63,767 nt of DNA, filler included, from Octopus bimaculoides (GCF_001194135.2; 5 parts of 5 records of this genome joined end to end with filler, not necessarily neighbours in it); one strand, 5' to 3'; numbered from the whole stretch's first letter, positions 1-26,689 are shown. The notes: generated from the sequence alone by a model not told the origin. Made by a program: numbers and translations.

Positions 1-54
1 AGTTGTTTTATTATTATCATTATTATTATTATCATTATCATTATTATTATTATA

Positions 55-260
55 GTGGTGAGGTGGCAGAATCGTTAGCATACTGGAGGAAATGCTTAGC
101 GGCATTTCTTCCGTCTTTACGTTCCGAGTTCAAATTCTGCCGAGGTTGACTTTGCCTTTCATCCTTTTGAGGTCGATAAATTAAGTACCAGTTACGCACT
201 GGGGTTGATGTAATCGATTGGTCCCCCCCCAAAAAAAAATTTCAGGCCTTGTGCCTATAG
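55..260 (+). mobile_element. tRNA-derived SINE (ggcagaatcgttagc...ctgagttcaaattc family)
   Basis: The same sequence recurs many times in the window, e.g. about 3490-3655(-), 10340-10530, 25900-26085, 32117-32325, 38365-38570, 53548-53771(-). Confidence 0.8.
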
Positions 261-504
261 TAGAAAGGATTATTATTATTAAAGGGTTGGTGGGTTGGCA
301 GAGTTGGTCACATGTCAAACTAAATGTTTGCTCTATGGTATTCGTTTAGGGCCCCTTTTTATGATCTGAGTTCAAATCCTATCAGTGTCGCCTTCACCTT
401 CCATTCTTCCATGCTCCTCTGTATGTCAATATATATACATATCTGTGTGTGTGTACACATATGTATGTGTGCGTATATATATATATATATACACACATAC
501 ACAA

Positions 505-566
<62 letters not shown>

Positions 567-1311
567 ATACCGTATACATATACTCTCTCACACCATCACT
601 AATACATTACTTATAATATTCATGTTATTTACATAATCTTTTAATAAAATAATTGCATTTCATAAAAATACAATAAAATGAGTTGTTATTTTCTTGCATT
701 TTTGTATTTTTTATTTTTCTTGTCTTTTCCATTCTTCTGTATATCTATCTATTTGTCTGTCTGTCTGTTTGTTTGTCTCTCCCTCATACATACATTTGTT
801 CATTCATTCATTCGTTCATGGAAAATTTGTAAAACATTCCAAAGATTCTTCATTTGTGATTCTAAAGAATCTTAAATGAAAAATCAAGCTTGGAGAATCT
901 CAAATGAAGAATCCAGCTTGGAGAATCAATTTGTTTTTGTGTTTCAACAATTCAAACCAACACCAATTCCAAGCACCTGAAATTCCCTTAAGAAGAACTT
1001 GAATAGAATTCAAAGACAGACACACATACCTCAACCCTATAGCTTCCTATGGAACATAGACCATTGTGGACTTTTCTCCACCATTCTAAACCCTTCTATA
1101 TCCCTGCTTCCTATTGGATTTTCCTGCATTATATCATATGTCACTCTGAGGGAAGACTCTCCTCTATCAGGTCTTGTTGGTTTTGAATTGTCATCCATGC
1201 TTCTGTAACTTCTAGGTATGAGTGTAAATCCTATGCAAACCATTTTTACCTCAGAGAAGAGATGCTCCAACCTGGCTGAGACTTCGAAGTCACTGTCGAT
1301 AAGATTTTTGT

Positions 1312-1540
1312 TTAATCCTTTAGCATTTAAACCAGTCGTATCAGACCCGAGCATTCTACCTATTTTATATTTAAACTGGCCGGATCTGGCCTCTCGCACT
1401 TATCCTACAAAGTGATTCTAAAAATAAACAATCACATCATTGAAAACTCAAAGCTTTGAAATAATGCAGGATTAATTTTAAAAAAAGGGGATTAAAATGC
1501 ATTTAGATTTGACAGAATAATCTGATTGCTAAAGGGTTAA
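1312..1540. mobile_element. MITE with TTAACCCTTTAGCA-type terminal inverted repeats
   Basis: ttaatcctttagca...tgctaaagggttaa; related copies at 11388-11602 and degenerate ones near 17720-17880, 21300-21380, 23100-23460. Confidence 0.7.
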
Positions 1541-2537
1541 GAATAAATTTCTACTCTACAAAAGTATAAAATAAGCCATCAGATTAATGTAAACTCGATT
1601 TTATTGTAACAATATAAACATTAATGTGTATGAATATATAAAAAAAAAAAACATCAACCTTTGAATGTTGGGCCTCATGGAGGCAAAGTGGCCGAGTTCC
1701 TTTCGAGTGTTGGGTCTCACGGAGGCAACGACCGAGACCTTTGGCGTTATGTCATGCTTGAGAAGAAGACCCATCAAGCTAAGCAAAAGCACCCATTACA
1801 CTCTCAGAGTGATTGGCATTAGGAAGGGCATCCAACTGTAGAAAACCATGCCAAAGCAGACTGGAGCCTGGCATAGCCTTTCAGCTTGCCACCATGCAGC
1901 ATGGACAACGGACATTAAATGATGATGATATATATAGTTTTCATAAATAAAATTCACTGAAGACATTGATCAGCTCAGGGCTACATTAGAAGACGCTGGC
2001 CAAAGATTCTGAACTTGAGAATGGGAAATAATCTTAAAATTCAAGAAGTCTTAAAATTGAAATGGCATTCTGGAAAGGGATAGTCCTATTGTCTAGAAAT
2101 AAGAGGACAGTTGAGGCCGTATTTCTGGCTCAGCACAAGAATTATCCGACTTTATTTTCCATAACCAACGAACTTGACTCATACAAAATCAAGTAAACAA
2201 AAAACATAATCTTAAGATTATCTCCCCTTCTGATCTCATGTCGTTTGACCCTTCAGTCACGATTCATTAGAACAATGCTCAAAACTGATTAAATCATTAA
2301 AGACTGCGAAAAGCATGCCTGCTAAATACTAGATAAAGTATTTTAAATGCACTAAATAACGTTAGTGTGTTTCTAGAAATAAATCTGTCAAAAAACTAGA
2401 GCTTCTACTTACTTTTGAAGTGACTGTGTGAATAGGAAATACGAAAGTAAAAGATAAATTTTATTACGTATATCGAATTGTTTTTTTTTTTTTTTAACAT
2501 ACGAAACTTTTGCTGTGAAACGCCAACTGATGTAAAC

Positions 2538-17028
<14,491 letters not shown>

Positions 17029-17204
17029 CCCAAGGCTGCTCTCTTCTGCATACCCACGCACTCATATGTGTGTGTGTGTGCGCATGTGTGTGTGCGTGCA
17101 TGTGTGTGTCTGTGTGTGCGTGTGTATGTACATGTATATATCAGCATGTATATATATACACACAGATCATTAAATGATAGTGGTGATGATGATATACAAT
17201 GATG

Positions 17205-17248
<44 letters not shown>

Positions 17249-17260
17249 ACCATATATATA

Positions 17261-17296
<36 letters not shown>

Positions 17297-17375
17297 CAAC
17301 CACACATATACATAAATATTTCCACCCATATGTACATATATATATGTATGTATGTATGTATGTATTTATATATAT

Positions 17376-17415
<40 letters not shown>

Positions 17416-18685
17416 ATGTGAAAGAAAAGTATCTGTGGGAGTCAATGCGAGAGGTGAGTGTGTGTGTGCATGAGTCTACGAAAACCAAAATCTTGTCAAT
17501 TGTTCCGTAACTTCTGTTCATCAATAAAAACCCTTTTTCCATCAATCTTGATCAGTTGTGGTTGTTATTTTACAAGTTCAAATCTTGTCCATGTCACCTT
17601 TGCCTTTCATCCTTCCATGGCTGAAACAATCAAAAGAATAGAATAATTGTAATGAAGTCACTTGTTCAAGGTACCACACAGTGAGATTGAACCCATGACC
17701 ATGAAGTTGGTAAACAATCTTCTTAACCTTTTAGCATTGAAACCAGCCATAGCTGGCCCTCACTTCATACTTGTTTTATGTCTCAACTGGCCATATTCAG
17801 CCTTTCACACCTACCCTACATAGCCTTAGTAAAAATATACAATCACATCATTGAGATCTCAACACAAAAGATAATGCAAGAGCAATTCAAAATAATTCTT
17901 TCTACAGGAATCACAAAACGTGAAAATTGCAGGGAGGGAATAAGTTGATTACGTCAACACCAGTATGTAACTGGTACTTATTTAATTGACTGCAAAAAGG
18001 ATGAAAGGCAAAGTCAACCTCAGAACATAGCAGCAGAGGAAATACCACTCAGCATCTTACCCGGCTTGCTAATGATTCTGCCAGTTTGCTGCCTCGTGAA
18101 CAATTCAAAATAATATGAATAAATAAACATTTCATTTGACAGAGTAATCTGAATGTGAAAGGATTAGGCATGCAGTCATATCTTTTGTCTACTGGGGACG
18201 AACCTGAGGCCACATACACACACACGCACATGTGAAGACGAAGGCTGGAAAGTGGAGCATTTTCCAATTAAAATCAGATGTAGAAGATTCGTTGGACACA
18301 GTGTGAGGTGACTGTTGTGATCGATAGGCCTAATTTTATCAAACGTATCATGATTGTAAGGAAATACCATCACGAATGATAGCCACTCATGAGGCTATAG
18401 TAAAAGAAACTTGCCCAAGGTGCCACGCATTGGGACTGAACCCAGGACCACGCGGTTGGTAAGCAAATTTCTTACCACAGAGCCAATCGTATATATCTTT
18501 TCTGAAATGTACATTTAATTTCAATTAACGAAGCATCCTAATTTTTAATTTAATAATAAAGAGCAGTAAAACGTCAGATTATTTCAAATTATTTCGTTAA
18601 TTCTTCCTCCTGAACAGATAAAACAATCATGTCTGACTAACTTCCGGCATATTACAGATATTACCCACAATCCTCTCTCCTCGAA

Positions 18686-18724
18686 CTTCCTTTCCCCATC
18701 CGACTCCATTTGGCGCTAGACAAG
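18686..18724 (+). promoter_or_regulatory. RPSA: Probable RPSA non-coding exon 1 with 5'TOP-like pyrimidine start
   Basis: CTTCCTTTCCCC...GACAAG|GTATTT, with an ETS-like CTTCCGG motif about 45 nt upstream. This architecture is typical of ribosomal-protein genes, but the TSS is not directly observable. Confidence 0.55.
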
Positions 18725-20440
18725 GTATTTATCCTCTCCGCACATTTTATTCAATTACACATGTCCAGACTCAATTATTTGTGTCGATTTAATATTAATA
18801 TCAACACTTTATGTATTAATTTTCAATATTCGTTCCTGTAATGGTTTGATTTTTGCTGTAATTACAGATATTTATGTAAATATATTGACTAGACATGAAT
18901 GATGTCTGCACCACGTGTATCGTTGAACATGTGTCAGTTTCTTTTTGTCTGCTTTTCCACAAATTTTCTTTTTTTTATATTAAATTCCGACACAATTGTA
19001 ATCTACACTATCTGAAATGTATATGTAAGAAATTTCATAACAACAGAATACCCAACCAACACAAACGAACTTTCCGAAACCCCTTCCTCTCAACCTGAGA
19101 AAAAATGCTTTTTCATCACAAATCTATGACGTCTGAAGCGTATTTGTAGAAAATTTCATTTAAAAATATCAATTTTTCTAGAAGTTAAGAGGAGTGGGGT
19201 GGCGATCGCACTCTAAGACATAATTAAACAAGTGCCCCCCCCCACCTCTGACTTAGTTTCCGAATAAATATCATTTCTTTAATGAAATCTGCGAATTTCC
19301 TTTAGAACAGTGGTTCTCAATGGGTTCCATATGGTTCCCGAGGCTCCATATAAGATTTTTGGGGTCTACGCAGCAAAATAATTAAATTGGGAGCCGGGCA
19401 GTCCTTCGTAGCCGGCTTCGGTAAAGGTTTCTCTAATATTTTACTTAATCTCCAACCAACAAGAGTTAAATTTGTGATAAACGAAATCAGATCGTTATCC
19501 TAATTTCATTTCTACATAATTACAGCTGAACTCAGCTTATCTTTTAGCAATTAGATAATTAAACACCATTATAAATGGGTGTCTATCTTCATTAGCCAAA
19601 ATTTATTTTCCATAAACTTCAAAATGTAGTTTTTCGCATTAAATATGATGGTAAAACTAAGACTGACTTTTGGAATATCTATCAAGTTATTCATGGAGGT
19701 GAAAAAAAATTTATTTTTATATTATTTCCCCATTCCCTATTTTTGTGGCCATTTCTGGTAAATTTCGTGGAGATGGTGTTAATTATGATAATGTTAAAAG
19801 AATTGTTCGCGGAATTTTGCTCCGCGCATCGACATATAATCCCTCATAACTTTTTTAGTTGTTGGAATTCTCAGAAAATTTGTATTCTACACACGGAAAT
19901 TGAGACGACTGTGAAATTATTTTTAACTTTTCGAATTTGTTTTCTTTTTAAATCACAGTTTTACTTACGGACAGTCCGAGTTTTTGGCTAAAATTTCAGC
20001 CAGAGCGTGTTTTTATGGGAGGAAACTATATTGAAGAGTCTGAGAAATAAATGGGGGGCGAGATGTGCTAAAAATAGCAGCTAAAGGGGCCATAATCGTA
20101 TGATTTCCTGTGTGGAGAAACACAAATTCCCCAAATTTTTCTCAATAAAGTGGAAGACGTGAGATGAAATACTGAAGAACAACCTCAAAGCACTGAACCT
20201 TTCAGGTGTGATGGTTAACGGCCGAGATGCCTGATGCCTTGATGTTCTCAATAAAAGACCCCTTACTCCACAGCAGAAGACCAGTCCCTCTGGTGGTGTA
20301 AAGCACTCGTGGCGTTGCCACAATAAAGCACACTTTAGGATTGCCAACACTTGTAGATCGTTTCTCATTATCATCATCATCACCATTTTATTGTCTCTTT
20401 CCAGTGTTGCTTACCGTAACTCACCAAGTGACCGATCAAG

Positions 20441-20573
20441 ATGTCCGGAGGTTTGGATGCCCTTTCCATGAAGGAGGATGACGTGATGAAGTTTTTAGCT
20501 TGTTCCACTCATCTTGGAGCGAACAATGTCGACTTCCAAATGGAACAGTATATCTACAAAAGGAAGTCAGAAG
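20441..20573 (+). CDS. RPSA: RPSA coding exon 1
   Basis: [26 protein letters not shown]; 133 nt; GTACGT donor. Confidence 0.97.
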
Positions 20574-23500
20574 GTACGTGTTCTATCTCCCCGCTTTTCT
20601 TCCTATTTGTATCCCCCAAACCCTTTTTATTCTGTTTATCTTGTTCTAAAATCCCTGGTCAATATTAATGCATTGTGTATCTCCGGCTTCAGTTTTTCTT
20701 TTAACAGTTGCCGGTCGCAAACAATGCTACAGTAAAACATTAGCTGACACGAATTTTATTGATTGCTTGATGTGATGACGATCAGGTAATCTGGTGTTGC
20801 TATGACATTTAACCAGTTGGAACTGAACTCTGGGTATAGGGCTGAAGTGGCCCTTTTGTCACCATATTTCTGTTTAGATCCCCTGTGTTTCTTTCGGTTA
20901 TTTTAAATGCACCTTCTCCTTGACTTAAGATCTATGTGTCTTACGACCCTCAAAAATAAATAGATCTTTGGACGTTGGGCAGCTATGCATATGACAAGAA
21001 CGGCAGCATCTGGCTTCCCTCAGACCCAGGCATCCACTGCCTGCCTCTAACTCTCACTCAGTCGCTTTCAAGCATTAGTTGCGTTTGAATGCAGATATAA
21101 ATCTGACATACAACCTGTCAATTGGAACGCAACTTGGTCGTAAATGAAGGAGAAGGTGTATAATGAAGAATTTAGTAACTTGACTTTGTCGTTATTACAC
21201 TAGTGTTAGGAACATAAATTGAGACGTTTTGGTGGAAATTTTTAACTTGAAACTTTTTGAGAACAGAATATTTGTACCACAGAGACAGGGGTGGTCTGAG
21301 AAGGGTTTTAAAGGGTTAACCTTTTAGAATTCACATAATTCTGTCAAATATAATGCTTATTTATTCGCATTGGTTTGAATTAAAGGATTATTACTTGTTT
21401 CTGTGGAAATTTTAACATCCAATAGTTTGTGGCTGTAATAATATTAAGGCTGATGTTGTTGGAGTAGAGAGCACCAGGTATTGAATTCCTCTTTTTTTTT
21501 CTATTTGTGCTGATGTCATGTAATAATGTTTTGTTAGGTACATACATCATCAACCTACGCAAGACCTGGGAGAAACTCCTGTTGGCCGCCCGTGCCATTG
21601 CTGCCATCGAGAACCCGGCTGATGTCTGTGTCATCTCTGCACGTCCCTACGGACAGAGGGCGGTTCTGAAGTTTGCTTCAGCCACTGGTGCTACACCTAT
21701 TGCTGGTCGCTTCACACCTGGTGCTTTCACCAATCAGATTCAGGTAAGTTGCTGTCCTGTTCATGTCTCAAGATCATCCTCGTTTAATGTCCCTTTTCCA
21801 TGCTGGCGTGGGTTGGACTGTTTGACCAGAGCTGGCAAACCAGAGGGCCACACCAGGTGCCACAGTCCTTTTTGGCCTTGTTTCTACTGCTGGGTGCTTT
21901 TTATGGAGCACCACTGCTCTGCTATTATATAAGTAGTATAGTACTCTACCTTTGGTATTGAGTACTATTATCTCTGCTATGTTTTGCATCTATATGCTTA
22001 CTTGTGTGTGGAATATTTATATATATATATATATATACATATATAAACACACAGAATAATACCTCACTTTACGAGAATCTGGGTTTGGGAGTTCAATTTT
22101 TCAAGCACGATATATATATTAAAATATGTGTGTATGTCTATCCATGTATGTATATATATATGTGTACAGTTACATGTCTATATATATATAGAGAGAGAGA
22201 GAGGGGGGGGGGTATATGCATGTTTTCTTCTCTTTTTCAGCATAGTGTGAAAGCAAAATTTTCAGGGGCCCTTAAAATACTATTCTGGATCCCCAATTCC
22301 CTATTTTGTTGCGTGGAACCCCCCAAAAATCTTATAATGAACCCTGGTTGAGCAGCCCCATTGCATGTTTATCTGATAATTGTTGTTGTTTTGTTTGTCT
22401 TCCAACAGAAAGCTTTCCGTGAGCCCCGTCTTTTGGTTGTCACTGACCCCAGGACTGACCACCAACCTGTCAATGAAGCATCTTATGTAAACATCCCAGT
22501 TATTGCCCTCTGCAACACAGACTCCCCACTCAAGTACATCGATATTGCCATCCCATGCAACAACAAGGTAACTTTTCTGATCATGTTTTTTTTTACTGCA
22601 TAGCCACTGAGTCTTTGAAAATATATTTGTGTTGGAGGGGGGGGGGTCCCATTTGTGTTTGCTTCTGCATCTCGCTGTTGATTGTCGAAATAATTTTAAT
22701 CTTTAAAAATGTTTTTTTCCCCCCCCTATTTTCTTCCAGTCAATCCATTCCATTGGTCTAATGTGGTGGTTGCTGGCTCGTGAAGTTCTCCGCCTGAGGG
22801 GTAACATCAGCCGTGAACATCCTTGGGACGTCATGGTTGATTTGTATTTCTACAGAGACCCTGAGGAAGTAAGTAAAAATTGTGTCTTTGTGTGTATATC
22901 GATATGGGAAGGCTTTGTAGGTTTTATAGGTGTTCTGTAACAAATATTTCCATTTTTATTTTTTATCCTGTGTGGGATCAGATGTAAAATATTCTAGTTA
23001 TTGTAGTGTAAGTCACACGAATGATTATTCTGTGACATACACTACAGGAACTAGCATATTTTGTGTCTGAACTTGCCTAGATAGACGTATTAAAAATATA
23101 TATATAGCTGGCCCAAATACTTTACCTGTTTTATGTTCAAACTAGCCAGATCTTGCCTCTCATACTTAGCCTGCAATGTCATTGATCACATCATTGAAAT
23201 ATCAAAGATTCGTTATTAATTTAAAACGATGTGAAGTAAGCATTGCATTTGATAGAGTAATCTGAATGCTGCCGGTTTAAACTGCAGATTTGTGATAAGA
23301 GGCTGCCATCTATGGACTTTATCTTTATACTTCCTTCAAATTACATCGACCCTTCAATATCAAGATTACTCTATCAAATGTAATCATTGGGAAGGTGTGG
23401 GAGTCCAGTTTGAACATGGAGCAGGTAATATATATTTGGACCAGATATTGTAGGTTTAAACACTAAAGAGCTGCTGATTCTTTTTTTCCAAAAGCTAGAG

Positions 23501-23954
23501 ACAAAATTTAATGCAATACATTTGATTAAGAACCTTCTGTTCCAAATATTGTTTTAACCCGTGTTACAACTAATTGGTAATTGTTTTGTTTTAACAGGCT
23601 GAGAAGGAAGAACAGGCTGCTTTGGAGAAGGCCGCTGCCAAAGAGGAAAGCACTGAAGCTTGGCCAGCTGGTGGTGATCTTGGAAGTGTTGCACCAGTTG
23701 ATGTTACTGACTGGGCTCGTGAGACCGTACCAAGTGCCTCTGCCGTACCAATCCAAGCTTATGGGGCCACTGCAACTGAAGATTGGGACGCAGCTGATAC
23801 CAGCTGGTCTGTACCCGCTGCCAGCACTGCCACCCCTGCTGTTCCTGCCACCCCTGCTGCTGCTGCTACACCACCAGCGACTACCACCACCGCAGCTGCA
23901 CAACCTGCCACTGTGAGCCAACAATGGGGTGGGTCTGCTGATAACTGGAGTTAA
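20441..23954 (+). CDS. RPSA: 40S ribosomal protein SA (uS2/laminin receptor), 5 coding exons, 327 aa
   Basis: Exons 20441-20573, 21538-21743, 22409-22567, 22740-22868, 23598-23954 (984 nt, frames consistent). Peptides MSGGLD...THLG...[65 protein letters not shown] at 23988-23993. Confidence 0.98.
21538..21743 (+). CDS. RPSA: RPSA coding exon 2
   Basis: [21 protein letters not shown]...FTNQIQ. Confidence 0.98.
22409..22567 (+). CDS. RPSA: RPSA coding exon 3
   Basis: [14 protein letters not shown]...IAIPCNNK. Confidence 0.98.
22740..22868 (+). CDS. RPSA: RPSA coding exon 4
   Basis: [16 protein letters not shown]...YRDPEE. Confidence 0.98.
22978..23070 (+). ncRNA. Candidate intronic pre-miRNA-like hairpin
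   Basis: 93-nt unbranched stem-loop with about 41 base pairs, 4 of them G:U on the + strand, 3 single mismatches, a 1-nt bulge and a 4-nt loop; in the last RPSA intron. Confidence 0.45.
23598..23954 (+). CDS. RPSA: RPSA terminal exon (acidic TEDW/Ala-Thr-Pro tail)
   Basis: [11 protein letters not shown]...TEDW...WGGSADNWS*. Confidence 0.95.
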   Translation, partial: AEKEEQAALEKAAAKEESTEAWPAGGDLGSVAPVDVTDWARETVPSASAVPIQAYGATATEDWDAADTSWSVPAASTATPAVPATPAAAATPPATTTTAAAQPATVSQQWGGSADNWS

Positions 23955-24056
23955 AAGTGTCTGCTGAAAGGGACCCTGATGTACCGCAATAAAAACAAAA
24001 TGTTCAAACAAACTGGTTTTGTTATTCAATAAGTGATTAATCCTCTCATAGTTATG

Positions 24057-24310
24057 GTTTCTCAACCATTTTTTGTTTATGGGTTCTTTTGTTTCCTGTT
24101 TTCTCAACTGGACCTTAATACCCACTCAATATTCTAAAAACTACCACTAAGACATCCGTTGGTCATAAATGACCATGTAGGTTCAATCCAATGGTCATCT
24201 ATGACCAATGGATGTCTTAGTGGTAGTTTTTAGAATATTGAGTGGGTATTAAGGTCCAGTTGAGAAAATAGGAATCAAAAGGATCCATTAGCAAAAAATG
24301 GTTGAGAAAC
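24057..24310. repeat. Foldback palindrome / MITE (120-bp arms, 14-nt spacer)
   Basis: Arms 24057-24176 and 24191-24310 differ at 8 positions. Confidence 0.9.
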
Positions 24311-26689
24311 ACTACGAGAGGGTTCCCCTCCGAGACAGAAAACATGTGGTTTGTCCAGTCTGTAAGGGGCCTAGGGCTGGGAGGGGTGCTGGTCTCTTGC
24401 AGGAAGAGTGATTTTAACCAGCTGAGTAGAATGAAGTGTTATCCTCGAACACAACGCATCACTTGGTCCAGGAATCGAAACCATGGTCTTAGAATCAGGA
24501 GTCCAATACTCTGACCATTATGTCATGTGTCTCCACAAGTAAGTGGTACATAAATGTTGCCTGAGTATAAAACAAGAATATTGATTATAATAATTTCTTT
24601 TTTTTTAAACAAATTTTTATTGAAACATGGAAAGGAACGAGTAGGGGTGGGATATGAAGGTGAAGAGGGCATGGATGGAGGGGATAGAGACTGATAGGCA
24701 TGAGATGGAACAGGGAGGAGGAGGCTGATGGAGAAATGGTCAGTGGATGGGAGGAGATGAAGGCAGTGGGTGGGGGGAGCAGGAGGGGTTGGAGAAGATA
24801 GGAAATACAGTTTCAAACTGTACAAAGAATGAAGACAGGAGATATGTTTTCCATTCCCCAACATAAAGCCTTTGTATGTGTGTGTGTGTGTGTACATATA
24901 TATACATACATACACAGAAATACGTATGAATATACATGTGTATATATATACACATGGAGGAGTGTGTATGTATGTGTATAAGTGGTCAAAATTCATTCAT
25001 CATTGTTAATCAGAGACTGAAGGTCTAGAGTGTATTGAAAATACAAAAATACATCCTATTGAATCATAAGCATCGCACTTGTGTGACGACGACAAGTTCC
25101 AGAAAATTTCATTCATGAATAATGTTTTCCTCATTCTTAGAAATATACAGGCATAACCAATTCAAATGCTATACACGCGTGTATATATATATATATATAT
25201 ATACATACATACATACAACACACACATATATATATATATATATATACACATGTGGGTGTGAAAGATATATAAATCACACACACATACACACATGGGCATT
25301 CATACATGGAACACAGGTACGTAATACCTGTCCATGAGACTTGTTAAGAGCGATGGTGGTTCATGGTTCAGCGTGTTGTCACACAATTGCCGTGTTACTG
25401 AGGAACGCGAGATGACCCTTGGGGCATTTGTTTGCATAGTGGCCCTTTTCTCCGCACTGGAAAAGAAGGAAAAAAAGAAAATAAAAATTTAATAAACAAC
25501 GGATCGATACGGTTTGTTTTCGTATTTGGTTTGCAAGATTTTGGATGTAAATTCATTGAAACAAGTTGGGCTTGAGAAGACCCATGAAGCCAAGTGAAAT
25601 CGTAGTCATGGCTGATGCAGGTGTCGCTTAACTGGGACCCCTGTTGTGCCAATGGCAAAAAGGATTGTCATTTTTGTTATGATTAGCACATCAGGCAAAA
25701 TGCTTGGCAGTATGCGGTCTGTTTTTACGTTCTGAGTTTAAATTTCATTGACGTCGACATAGCCTTTCATTCTTTCAGGGTCGATCAACGAAGTACCAGT
25801 TATGCACTGGGGTCATTGCAATTGACCAGCCCCCACCCCATTTCAGGCCTTGTGATTACAGAAGAAAAGATTATTAATTATTATTAATTGCAAGTTGAAA
25901 GCAGTGAGGTGGCAGAATCAATAGCTGCCAGACAAAACGCTTGGCAGCGTCTCATCTATTTTGAGTTCAAATTCTGCTGAGGTCGACTTTGACTTTCAGG
26001 GCCAATAAAATAAGGACCAGGTGAGCCCTGGGGGTCAATGTAATTAATTTAACTCCATCGCCCAAATGTGCTGGCCTTGTGACAAAACTTAACGATTCCA
26101 AAATACATTTATTTGAAAAAAACAAAACAAAAACAAATAAAGCTTAAAATATTGAAAACCTACCTTGAAGCATGTCACTTGGTCAAGTGGTCGACGTCCG
26201 TCCACTGACATGGACTGGTCAACTTGAATTTGGGCAATCTGGAGGTCATACGGAAAATAGATTAAGAAGCGTACAGAAAATATTGGCAGATGATCAAACA
26301 ATATATAGACATAGATCGATAGCACCTATATACACACACATTCACCATGTTATGTTTCTTTTACGTCTGTTTTTCTAAGCTGGCATGGGTTAGATGAGTA
26401 CTTATTCGAGACAGTATTTTACAGAGTTTGAGAGCAGAATTACAGGACGTAATGTTCACTGGGAATTTAAACATAACAGTTTTTTTAGCTTGATCTTATA
26501 AGAAACAGAAAGAACAACTACATACATACATATATATACACACACACACACACATACATAGGTGCAGGCATGGCTGTGTGGTAAGAAGCTTGTTTCCCTA
26601 GGTTCTGGGCACCTTGAGCAAGTGTCTTCTACTGTAGCCAAGGGCTGAGGAAAGCCATGAGTGGATTTGGTAGAAGGAAACTGAAAGAA

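Noticed and set aside
1037-1399. 120-aa minus-strand ORF upstream of INTS4
   Set aside because: Its start lies inside a MITE and the rest has no recognisable homology.
21030-21060. CTCTAACTCTCAC as a telomerase RNA template in the RPSA intron
   Set aside because: Does not match CTAACCCTAA needed for TTAGGG repeats.
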